Positions 1 to 8,636 of a stretch of DNA of 32,000 bases are shown here, in pieces. Made by a program: the position numbers and the translations under genes. Below the pieces are notes generated by a model. That model worked only from the letters and a program-made list of their open reading frames with translations. It did not search any database and was not told where the DNA came from. Position 1 is the stretch's first letter. Each line of letters opens with the position of its first letter. The DNA comes from Pseudomonas aeruginosa (GTDB lineage: Bacteria > Pseudomonadota > Gammaproteobacteria > Pseudomonadales > Pseudomonadaceae), in assembly GCF_001457615.1 (NCBI RefSeq), contig NZ_LN831024.1:4260001-4292000 (forward strand), written 5' to 3'.

Positions 1-2388
1 CACACCCACAGCATCCGCACCTATTCGGTCCAGGGCGCGCTCGGCGACATCCCGGCGCTGGCCGAGGCGTTCGGCCTGCGCGTCAGCCTGGGCATCTGGC
101 TCGGCCCGGACCTGGCCGGCAACGAGGCCGAGATCGCCCGCGCCATCCGCATCGCCAACGAGTCGCCGAGCGTGGTGCGAGTGATAGTCGGCAACGAGGC
201 GCTGTTCCGCCGCGAGGTGACGGCGGAACAGTTGATCGCCTACCTCGACCGGGTCCGCGCGGCGGTCAAGGTTCCGGTGACCACCGCCGAACAGTGGCAC
301 GTCTACCGCGAACACCCGGAACTGGCGCAACACGTCGACCTGATCGCCGCCCACGTCCTGCCCTACTGGGAGGCTACGCCGGTGGCCGACGCGGTGGACT
401 TCGTGCTCGAACGCGCGCGCGAACTCAAGGCCGCCTTCCCGAGGAAGCCGCTGCTGCTCGCCGAGGTCGGCTGGCCGAGCAACGGGCGCATGCGCGGCAG
501 CGCCGAGGCGACACCCGCGGACCAGGCCATCTACCTGCGGCGCCTGACCAACGCGCTCAACGGCGAAGGCTACAGCTACTTCGTCATCGAAGCCTTCGAC
601 CAGCCCTGGAAGGTCAGCGCCGAAGGCTCGGTGGGCGCCTACTGGGGCGTCTACAACGCCGACCGCAAGGCCAAGTTCAACTTCACCGGGCCGGTGGTGC
701 CGATTCCCAAGTGGCGCGCCCTGGCCATCGCCTCGGCGGTACTCGCGGTACTCGCCTTCACCCTGCTGCTGATCGACAGTTCCTCGCTGCGCCAGCGCGG
801 GAGGACCTTCCTCGCCGTGGTCTCGTTCGCCTGCGCCTCGGTGCTGGTGTGGATCGCCTACGACTACAGCCAGCAGTACAGCACCTGGTTCAGCCTGACC
901 GTCGGCGCGTTGCTGGGCGTCGGCGCGCTGGGGGTGGTCATCGTGCTGTTCACCGAGGCCCACGAGCTGGCCGAGGCGGTCTGGACGCGCAAGCGGCGCC
1001 GCCCATTCCTGCCGATCACCGCCGCGCAGGCCTATCGGCCCAAGGTGTCGATCCACGTGCCCTGCTACAACGAGCCGCCGGAACTGCTGAAGCAGACCCT
1101 CGACGCCCTTGCCCGCCTCGACTACCCGGACTACGAAGTCCTGGTGATCGACAACAACACCCGCGACCCGGCCGTCTGGCAGCCGGTCGAGGCGCACTGC
1201 GCGCGCCTGGGCGAGCGCTTCCGCTTCTTCCACGTCGCCCCGCTGGAAGGCTTCAAGGCCGGCGCGCTGAACTTCGCCCTGGGCCACGTGGCGGCGGACG
1301 TCGAGGTGGTCGCGGTGATCGACGCCGACTACTGCGTCGACCCCGACTGGCTCAGGCACATGGTGCCGCACTTCGGCGACCCGCGGATCGCCGTGGTGCA
1401 GTCGCCGCAGGACTACCGCGACCAGCACGAGAGCGCCTTCAAGCGGCTCTGCTACGCCGAGTACAAGGGCTTCTTCCACATCGGCATGGTCACCCGCAAC
1501 GACCGCGACGCGATCATCGAGCACGGCACCATGACCATGATCCGGCGCAGCGTGCTGGACGAGCTGAGATGGCCGGAATGGTGCATCACCGAGGACGCCG
1601 AGCTGGGCCTGCGGGTGTTCGAGAAGGGCCTGTCGGCCGCCTACTTCGAGCGCAGCTACGGCAAGGGGGTGATGCCCGATACCTTCATCGACTTCAAGAA
1701 GCAGCGCTTCCGCTGGGCCTACGGCGCGATCCAGATCATGAAGCGGCATACCGACGCCCTGCTGCGCGGCCGCGGTCCCGACGGCAGCCGCCTGACCCGC
1801 GGCCAGCGCTACCACTTCGTGGCCGGCTGGCTGCCGTGGATCGCCGACGGCCTGAACATCTTCTTCACCCTCGGCGCGCTGCTCTGGTCGGCGGCGATGA
1901 TCATCGTGCCCAAGCGCGTCGACCCGCCGCTGCTGATCTTCGCGATCCTGCCGCTGGCCCTGTTCGTCTTCAAGGTCGGCAAGATCCTCTTCCTCTACCG
2001 GCGCACCGTCGGCGTCGACCTGCGCGACTCGTTCTTCGCCGCCCTCGCCGGCCTGTCGCTCTCGCACACCATTGCCAAGGCGGTGCTGTACGGCTTCGTC
2101 ACCCGCGGCATCCCGTTCTTCCGCACGCCGAAGATGCGCTCCAGCCACGGCCTGCTGGTGGCCCTGGCGGAGGCCCGCGAGGAAGTCTTCGTGATGCTCC
2201 TGCTGTGGGGCGCGGCGGCCGGCATCGTGGCGGTTCAGGGCGTGCCGAGCCGCGACCTGCTGATCTGGGTCGCCATGCTCCTGGTGCAATCGCTGCCCTA
2301 CCTGGCGGCGCTGGTCATGGCCCTGCTCTCGTCGCTGCCGAAACCGCGCGAGGAACTGGCCGGCGGCGCCGAGCGGATCGGCGGTTGA
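1..2388 (+). CDS. ndvB: GH17-like glycosidase / family-2 glycosyltransferase fusion, cyclic beta-1,3-glucan synthase NdvB-like; the 5' end lies outside the window
   Basis: Frame 1 is open from base 1 (HTHSIRTYSVQG...), so the track's start at 172 is internal. The N-terminal part has GH17-like strings (VIVGNE, AEVGWPS). The centre has GT2 signatures (VSIHVPCYNEPP, VIDADY, QSPQDY, QRFRWAYG), followed by several hydrophobic TM segments. It sits next to dapE, as recalled for PAO1 PA1163. Confidence 0.85.
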   Translation, partial: HTHSIRTYSVQGALGDIPALAEAFGLRVSLGIWLGPDLAGNEAEIARAIRIANESPSVVRVIVGNEALFRREVTAEQLIAYLDRVRAAVKVPVTTAEQWHVYREHPELAQHVDLIAAHVLPYWEATPVADAVDFVLERARELKAAFPRKPLLLAEVGWPSNGRMRGSAEATPADQAIYLRRLTNALNGEGYSYFVIEAFDQPWKVSAEGSVGAYWGVYNADRKAKFNFTGPVVPIPKWRALAIASAVLAVLAFTLLLIDSSSLRQRGRTFLAVVSFACASVLVWIAYDYSQQYSTWFSLTVGALLGVGALGVVIVLFTEAHELAEAVWTRKRRRPFLPITAAQAYRPKVSIHVPCYNEPPELLKQTLDALARLDYPDYEVLVIDNNTRDPAVWQPVEAHCARLGERFRFFHVAPLEGFKAGALNFALGHVAADVEVVAVIDADYCVDPDWLRHMVPHFGDPRIAVVQSPQDYRDQHESAFKRLCYAEYKGFFHIGMVTRNDRDAIIEHGTMTMIRRSVLDELRWPEWCITEDAELGLRVFEKGLSAAYFERSYGKGVMPDTFIDFKKQRFRWAYGAIQIMKRHTDALLRGRGPDGSRLTRGQRYHFVAGWLPWIADGLNIFFTLGALLWSAAMIIVPKRVDPPLLIFAILPLALFVFKVGKILFLYRRTVGVDLRDSFFAALAGLSLSHTIAKAVLYGFVTRGIPFFRTPKMRSSHGLLVALAEAREEVFVMLLLWGAAAGIVAVQGVPSRDLLIWVAMLLVQSLPYLAALVMALLSSLPKPREELAGGAERIGG

Positions 2389-2502
2389 GGTCGAGCGAGG
2401 CGTCGGGACAGCCGGCTCCGCTCGCCTAAACGGCGTCCCTTCGCCCGCGTTTATGCTTTAAGATTCCCCCTTTCCGCTCGACCCGCTCAGGATGCACTCC
2501 CC

Positions 2503-3654
2503 ATGACCGCCTCTTCGCCGAGTCTCTCGCCGACCCTCGAACTCGCCTGCGAGTTGATCCGCCGCCCCTCCGTCACGCCGCTCGACGCCGACTGCCAGGC
2601 CCTGATGATGCGCCGCCTGGAAGCCGCCGGCTTCGCCCTGGAGCCGATGCGCATCGAGGAGGTGGACAACTTCTGGGCACGGCGCGGCGGCGACGGCCCG
2701 GTGCTGTGCTTCGCCGGGCACACCGACGTGGTCCCCACCGGCCCGCTGCAGGCCTGGCAGCACCAACCCTTCGACGCCCTGATCGACGACCAGGGCATGC
2801 TCTGCGGGCGCGGCGCGGCGGACATGAAAGGCAGCCTGGCGTCGATGATCGTCGCCGTCGAGCGCTTCGTCGCCGACCACCCGGAGCACAAGGGTGCCAT
2901 CGCCTTCCTCATCACCAGCGACGAGGAAGGCCCGGCCCACCACGGCACCAAGGCGGTGGTCGAGCGCCTCGCCGCACGCGGCGAGCGCCTGGACTGGTGC
3001 ATCGTCGGCGAACCGTCGAGCACCAGCCTGGTCGGCGACGTGGTGAAGAACGGCCGCCGCGGCTCCCTCGGCGCCAAGCTGACCATCCGCGGCGTACAGG
3101 GCCATGTGGCCTACCCGCACCTGGCGAAGAACCCGATCCACCTGGCCGCCCCGGCGCTGGCCGAACTGGCGGCGGAACACTGGGACGACGGCAATGCCTT
3201 CTTCCCGCCGACCAGCTTCCAGGTTTCCAACCTGAACTCCGGCACCGGCGCCACCAACGTCATCCCCGGCGAACTGACCGCGCTGTTCAACTTCCGCTTC
3301 TCCACCGAATCCACCGTCGAAGGCCTGCAGAAACGCGTCGAGGCGATCCTCGACAAGCACGGCCTGGACTGGCACGTCGAATGGGCGCTGTCCGGCCTGC
3401 CGTTCCTCACCGAGCCGGGCGAACTGCTCGATGCGGTGGCCGCCAGCATCAGGGCGGTCACCGGCCGCGAGACCCAGCCCTCGACCAGCGGCGGCACCTC
3501 CGACGGACGCTTCATCGCCACCATGGGCACCCAGGTGGTCGAACTCGGCCCGGTCAACGCCACCATCCACCAGGTCAACGAGCGGGTCCTGGCCAGCGAC
3601 CTGGAGCTGCTCACCGAAATCTACTACCAGACCCTGGTGAGGCTGCTCGCCTGA
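2503..3654 (+). CDS. dapE: Succinyl-diaminopimelate desuccinylase (M20 peptidase family)
   Basis: 383-aa ORF with DapE/M20 motifs: [39 protein letters not shown]3-rich codon usage typical of the host. Confidence 0.93.
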
Positions 3655-4457
3655 TGCTGATCTGCCCGCTCTGCTCCGCCGCCCTGGGCGAGGTCGACAA
3701 CGGCGTCGCCTGCCCCGCCGGGCACCGCTTCGACCGCGCCCGCCAGGGCTACCTGAACCTGCTGCCGGTGCAGCACAAGAAAAGCCTCGATCCGGGCGAC
3801 AACGCCGCCATGGTCGAGGCCCGTCGCCAGTTCCTCGGCGCCGGCCACTACGCGCCGCTGGCCCGGCGCCTGGCCGAACTGGCCGCCGAACGCGCGCCGC
3901 GACGCTGGCTGGATATCGGTTGCGGCGAGGGCTACTACAGCGCCCGGCTCGGCGAAGCCCTGGCAGGCGCCGAAGGCTATGCCCTGGACATCTCCCGCGA
4001 GGCAGTGAAACGCGCCTGCCGCCGCGCGCCGCAGTTGTCCTGGCTGGTGGCGAGCATGGCCCGGCTGCCGCTGGCCGACGCCAGTTGCGAGCTGATCGCC
4101 AGCGTGTTCAGCCCCATCGACTGGAACGAAGCCGTGCGCGTCCTCGCCCCCGGCGGCGGCGTACTGCGCCTGGGCCCGGCCAGCGCGCACCTGCTGGAAC
4201 TGCGCCAGCGGCTCTATGACGACGTGCGCGACTACGCCGACGACAAGCACCTCGCCGGCCTGCCCGCGCAACTGCGCCTGCGCCACACCGAGACCCTCGA
4301 GTTCCGCCTGGCGCTGGACAGCTACGACGCGCGGGAAAACCTCCTGGCCATGACCCCGCACGGCTGGCGGGTCAACCCCGAGCGCCGCGCGCGAATCCTG
4401 GCCGAACCCTTCGAAGTCAGCGTGGCGGTGCGCTACGATTGGCTGCAACGCGACTGA
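3654..4457 (+). CDS. rlmA: 23S rRNA (guanine-N1)-methyltransferase RlmA/RrmA-like SAM-dependent methyltransferase
   Basis: The ATG at 3654 shares its A with the dapE TGA (3652-3654). It has an N-terminal Zn-ribbon (CPLCsaaL...CpaGH) and the SAM motif LDIGCGEGYY. The product is 267 aa. The track shows only a longer out-of-context ORF in the same frame (2706..4457). Confidence 0.85.
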   Translation: MLICPLCSAALGEVDNGVACPAGHRFDRARQGYLNLLPVQHKKSLDPGDNAAMVEARRQFLGAGHYAPLARRLAELAAERAPRRWLDIGCGEGYYSARLGEALAGAEGYALDISREAVKRACRRAPQLSWLVASMARLPLADASCELIASVFSPIDWNEAVRVLAPGGGVLRLGPASAHLLELRQRLYDDVRDYADDKHLAGLPAQLRLRHTETLEFRLALDSYDARENLLAMTPHGWRVNPERRARILAEPFEVSVAVRYDWLQRD

Positions 4458-4474
4458 CCGTCCCCGAGGACCCC

Positions 4475-4858
4475 ATGCGCCAACCGGATATCGAGATCTA
4501 CCTGAAAGACGCCGAGCACGCGGCCGTCGCCGCCTGGCTGGAACAGGCGCTGGGACCCTGCGGCCCATGGCAGGAGCACGGCCAGACCCTCAAGTGCACC
4601 GCCCGCGGCGAGCACGGCGCGGTGCGCGTCACCTGGCTGCCGAAGGCGGTGGGCAAGTGGCACAGCCTGTTCTTGGAGAGCGACAGCACGCCCTGGGACG
4701 ACGACCTCGCCTGCGCCAGGGCCGCGCATGCCGCGCTCGGCGTGGAGATCCGCTGCGCGCCGGGCGGCTGGGAGGAAAACCAGGGCGAAGAGGACGCCGA
4801 CCGCTGGCTGCGGGTCGACGCCGGGGGCGTCGAGGAAATTACCTGGCGCACCGCCTGA
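4475..4858 (+). CDS. Hypothetical protein (127 aa)
   Basis: Start chosen at the ATG at 4475, which has a GAGGA RBS 5 nt upstream (4466-4470). Host-like GC3-rich codons. No recognisable motif. Confidence 0.6.
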   Translation: MRQPDIEIYLKDAEHAAVAAWLEQALGPCGPWQEHGQTLKCTARGEHGAVRVTWLPKAVGKWHSLFLESDSTPWDDDLACARAAHAALGVEIRCAPGGWEENQGEEDADRWLRVDAGGVEEITWRTA

Positions 4859-4926
4859 ACGACGAAAACCCCGCGCTGCGAGGGGCCGCCCAACGGGGGC
4901 CTGGCGGGGTGGATGCGCTGGATGAC

Positions 4927-4952
4927 AAAAGCCCGTCTTGCGACGGGCTTTT
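4927..4952. terminator. Bidirectional rho-independent terminator between convergent genes
   Basis: Perfect hairpin AAAAGCCCGTC-TTGC-GACGGGCTTTT, flanked by an A-run on one side and a T-run on the other. It lies between the 4858 stop (+) and the 4964 stop (-). Confidence 0.85.
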
Positions 4953-4963
4953 GCTTGCGGGAA

Positions 4964-5173
4964 TCAGACCTTGGAGACGTCTTCCGCTTGCAGGCCTTTC
5001 TGGCCCTGGATCACCGAGAATTCCACTTTCTGGCCTTCCACCAGGGAGCGGTGACCCTCGCCGCGGATGGCGCGGTAGTGAACGAACACGTCCGGACCGC
5101 TATCGCGTTGAATGAATCCATAACCTTTGGCGTCATTGAACCACTTGACGGTTCCGACCTCACGATCAGCCAT
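4964..5173 (-). CDS. Cold-shock domain protein (CspA family, 69 aa)
   Basis: [24 protein letters not shown]...VFVHY contains the RNP1 (KGYGFI) and RNP2 (VFVHY) motifs. The track ORF (to 5278) over-extends the N-terminus; the ATG at 5173 gives the canonical length. Confidence 0.92.
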   Translation of the reverse strand: MADREVGTVKWFNDAKGYGFIQRDSGPDVFVHYRAIRGEGHRSLVEGQKVEFSVIQGQKGLQAEDVSKV

Positions 5174-5492
5174 TACCACACTCTCCAACTTGCAATTTTT
5201 TATAAGTGGCCTTCCCAATCCGGGAAGACTTCGACGGTTCGGCTGCGCAACGCTGTTCTTGTTATCCGACCCCGGCAAAATGCCGTTGGAGCGGGCATTT
5301 CGAATGGCGTTCCACTAGCCACCGCGTCCCGGAGTATAAACAAACGAGTCCAACTGAAAAGGACTTTTTTAGCCCCTGGCGGAATACCCGCCACGCCCGG
5401 CGGGACTGGCCTTTCGATATGTTTTCGCTACGCCTGGAATACGTCTGCGCAAGCACTTGCAGATAGCTAGCCGCCATATTTCCGTCGGCTTT

Positions 5493-7109
5493 TCAGCGGT
5501 CGCGCAGACCCGCCTTGCGCGGCCAGGCCAGGGTGAAGCAGGCACCGCCCAGAGTCTCGCTGCGGCCGATGGAGGCCCGGCCGCCATGCCAGTAGACGAT
5601 CCGCCGGACGATGGACAGTCCCAGGCCATGCCCGCCGGAAGCACGGGTCCGGCTGTCGTCCAGGCGTAGGAATGGCGTAAAGAGCCGCTCCCATTGCGCC
5701 TCCGGCACCCCCGGCCCGTCGTCCTCGACATCCACCCGGCAACGCTCCAGGCTGACCCGGTAGCTGATCCTGACCCGACGATCGGCATGCCGCAGCGCAT
5801 TGGTCAGCAGGTTCTGCAAGGCCCGATGCAGGTAGCGCGGCTCGGCCTCGATCCAACTGCCCAGCTCCTCAGGCACCAGCGCGCCCTCCTCGCAACTGAC
5901 CAGCACCTCGCGGCGCAGCGGGGCGATCTCCTCCACCACCTGGCGCACCAGCACGCCCAGCTCCAGGCGCTGGTAGGTCAGCGGCGGCGAGCCCTGTTCC
6001 AGGCGCGCGTAGGTGAGCATCTCGTCGACCAGCTTGTCGAGGTCCTGGATATCGTTGTCCATGCCCTCCAGGTACTTCAGGCGGGCGCCGTCGGTCTCGG
6101 CGGTCTCGATCATCTCCAGGCCGAAGCACAACCGCGCCACCGGCGTGCGCAGCTCGTGGGACACCGCGCGAACCATCTCGCGCTGCACCGTCAGCAGCCG
6201 GTGGATGTGCTCGGCCATATGGTTGAAGGCCGCGCCCAGGCGTCCCACCGAGTCGCCTCCGCGCACCTCGACGCGAGTATCCAGGCTGCCGCGGGCGATC
6301 CGCGTGGCGGCCGCCTCCAGGCTGCGCAGGCGCTGCTCCAGGCGACGCACCAGCAGGTAGGTGATCAGGCCGATGAAGCTCAGGCACAGCGCGCCGAGCA
6401 GCAACAGCAGCTGCGGCGGATAGGGGTTCATCTGGAACAGCGGGCCCAGCTCCAGCACCCAGGGCGTGTCGAGGATGCCGGCGAAGATGCGGATCGAGTC
6501 GCCGTCCTTGCCCAGCGCCATCACCGTGTCGCCCTCCACCACCCGCCGGCGCTGGTCGTCGTCGAGGTCCAGTTCCTTGACCTGGAGCAGGTGCACCGGG
6601 AAGCCGAAGCGCTTGTCGCGGACGATCCGCGCCAGGTGGTAAGGCTGTTCGCTGGCCGGGTAGCGCACCAGTTCGTCCATCAGCAGGTAAACCGTGGCCC
6701 GCGCCAGTTGCTCGCTGACCTGCTGCACCTCGCCGCTGAGCACCAGGTTCTCGGCGGCGCTGGCCTGGGTATAGACGGTGACGGCGTGCTCGGCGGTCTG
6801 CTTCACCAGCACCTGGCCGTTCATCAGGCGCGCGCGGCTGCGTCCGTCCATCCGCAGCTCATCCAGCCCGCGCAGTTGCAGGGGAATCCCCAGCAAGCGG
6901 CTCCACTGCGCCAGGGCGCGCTTGCGCTCGGTGGCGGTCATCGGTTGCAGGTTGTCGGCCATCAGGCGGAAGGTGCCGCGCGCCAGCTCCTCGCGGTAGT
7001 GCTCGCCGCGCACCTCGTTGATCCAGTGCAGGCCGAGCAGGCCCAGGCCGCTGACCAGCAGCAGGGCCAGGAGCATGCCGCCATAGATGCGCAGGAAGAT
7101 GGATTTCAT
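5493..7109 (-). CDS. Two-component sensor histidine kinase (2 TM, HAMP, HisKA, HATPase)
   Basis: Start at MKSIFLRIYGGMLLALLLV (ATG at 7109). H-box SHELRTPV. ATPase boxes DDGPGV and GGHGLGLSIV. The upstream 330 aa of the 868-aa track ORF is an out-of-frame read across the regulator gene. Confidence 0.9.
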   Translation of the reverse strand: MKSIFLRIYGGMLLALLLVSGLGLLGLHWINEVRGEHYREELARGTFRLMADNLQPMTATERKRALAQWSRLLGIPLQLRGLDELRMDGRSRARLMNGQVLVKQTAEHAVTVYTQASAAENLVLSGEVQQVSEQLARATVYLLMDELVRYPASEQPYHLARIVRDKRFGFPVHLLQVKELDLDDDQRRRVVEGDTVMALGKDGDSIRIFAGILDTPWVLELGPLFQMNPYPPQLLLLLGALCLSFIGLITYLLVRRLEQRLRSLEAAATRIARGSLDTRVEVRGGDSVGRLGAAFNHMAEHIHRLLTVQREMVRAVSHELRTPVARLCFGLEMIETAETDGARLKYLEGMDNDIQDLDKLVDEMLTYARLEQGSPPLTYQRLELGVLVRQVVEEIAPLRREVLVSCEEGALVPEELGSWIEAEPRYLHRALQNLLTNALRHADRRVRISYRVSLERCRVDVEDDGPGVPEAQWERLFTPFLRLDDSRTRASGGHGLGLSIVRRIVYWHGGRASIGRSETLGGACFTLAWPRKAGLRDR

Positions 7110-7192
7110 CGGCGAGCCCCCGGCCGCTGTCCGCTGCTGTTGATTCTGGCCGACCGGGACGCCCGCGCCCCGGCCCGCAGGAAAAAAGCGCC

Positions 7193-7903
7193 TCAGCCCT
7201 CGCCGACGAACAGGTAGCCCTTGCTGCGCACGGTCTTGATCAGCCGCGGGTGCATCGGGTCGTCGCCGATCTTCGGGCGGATCCGCGAGATGCGCACGTC
7301 GATGGAGCGGTCCTGGCCGTCGTACTCGATGCCGCGCAGGGCGTTGAAGATCTCCTCGCGGGAGAGAATCCGCCCGGCGTTCGCCGCCAGCAGCCAGAGC
7401 AGGTCGAACTCGGCGCTGGTCAGCTCGATGGTGGTCCCGTCCAGCCAGGCCTCGCGCATCGCGTTGTCGATCACCAGGCGACCGAACGCCAGGCGTTTGC
7501 TGTCCGCCGCCGGGGCGCCCGCTTCCGGCGCCTCGCTGCGCCGCAACAGGGCACGGATGCGCGCCAGCAGCACACGCGGGCGCACCGGCTTGCACACGTA
7601 GTCGTCGGCGCCCATCTCCAGGCCGAGCACCTCGTCCATGTCGTCGGTGCGCGCGGTGAGCATCAGGATCGGACCGTCGAATTGCGGACGCACCTGGCGG
7701 CAGATGGACAGGCCGTCCTCGCCCGGCAGCATCAGGTCGAGCACCACCAGGTCCGGGCGTTCGGCGAGGATACGCGCCGCCGCCAGTGCGCCGTTGGCTT
7801 CGATGTCGACCTTCAGGCCGTTGCCTTCCAGGTATTCCCGGGTCAGCTCGGCCAGGCGTCGATCGTCCTCGACGATCAGGATGCGCCAGGCTTCTTGCTC
7901 CAC
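7193..7903 (-). CDS. OmpR/PhoB-family response regulator
   Basis: GTG start with a strong GAGGAGG RBS. Receiver motifs: ILIVEDD, VVLDLMLPGEDG, MLTAR. C-terminal winged helix: IKTVRSKGYLF. Confidence 0.92.
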   Translation of the reverse strand: MEQEAWRILIVEDDRRLAELTREYLEGNGLKVDIEANGALAAARILAERPDLVVLDLMLPGEDGLSICRQVRPQFDGPILMLTARTDDMDEVLGLEMGADDYVCKPVRPRVLLARIRALLRRSEAPEAGAPAADSKRLAFGRLVIDNAMREAWLDGTTIELTSAEFDLLWLLAANAGRILSREEIFNALRGIEYDGQDRSIDVRISRIRPKIGDDPMHPRLIKTVRSKGYLFVGEG

Positions 7904-8013
7904 ACAGCCTCCTCGTATCGCGGTCCCGGAGCCGCCGTGCGGCCCCCCTCAGAGCGGCCCGCATTGTAGCCAATACGGGGGCCGCGCGGCAGCACGCGAG
8001 GAACATCTTGCAA

Positions 8014-8029
8014 ACACTACATATTGTGG
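8014..8029 (+). promoter_or_regulatory. Candidate NrdR box in the nrdA leader
   Basis: ACACTACATATTGTGG matches the recalled NrdR-box consensus acaCwAtATaTwGtgt at 14 of 16 positions. It fills the spacer between TTGCAA (8008-8013) and TAGGGT (8031-8036). Confidence 0.5.
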
Positions 8030-8442
8030 GTAGGGTGCGCGCCCCGAAAGGTTGGGGAGTAGGTCTGCGCCGGTGCTTTCCGAGGGCGACGAATGGCATT
8101 CTCCAGCGCTGCCGCGGCCTACGGACGCTTCCTAGGACTCACGCACAGAAGACCCACACTTTATCCACAGGTTTCCCCCAGACTGTCACCTTGCAAACAC
8201 CCCATTAGCGCATTATCTTGTATCCCCATCGTCGCCACCCCCTATATCTTGGGTTTCGAGCGCACGAACGGCTACAACGGAACCAACCGCGCACGGACCA
8301 CTCTGATGGCTCCGGCGGCTCCGCAAAAAAGCATTTTCCAGACGTACTGAAAGCATCGACGGCGCTCACCGCAAGGAGCCCTTCATGACGTTGGAAAAGC
8401 GGTACGGGTGTTGCAACGGACGCTGTAAACAGACAGTCAACA

Positions 8443-8458
8443 CCACTAGGTATTGTGT
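8443..8458 (+). promoter_or_regulatory. Second, weaker candidate NrdR box
   Basis: CCACTAGGTATTGTGT matches about 13 of 16 positions of the same consensus and lies 180 bp upstream of the nrdA ATG. There is no canonical partner box at about 31 bp. Confidence 0.3.
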
Positions 8459-8636
8459 TCGACGGCAAAACGCCACGAACCCGCCAGGGCCAGGGAGGCA
8501 CTCACAGTCCCCACCCTCAGCATTCGAATGAAGCAGCCGCCGCGAGGCCGGCTGCCCGGCTCTTTATCGATTCAAGGGAATGGGCGCCCCGGCGCCCGCT
8601 AGCAAAACCATTACGAGAACGTGGAGATACCCACCC

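Noticed and set aside
8208-8254. Calling the two 31-bp-spaced A/T-rich boxes as definite NrdR boxes
   Set aside because: Each matches the consensus at only about 10-11 of 16 positions, and box A is barely palindromic. They are kept as a hypothesis in the nrdA-leader finding, not listed as features.
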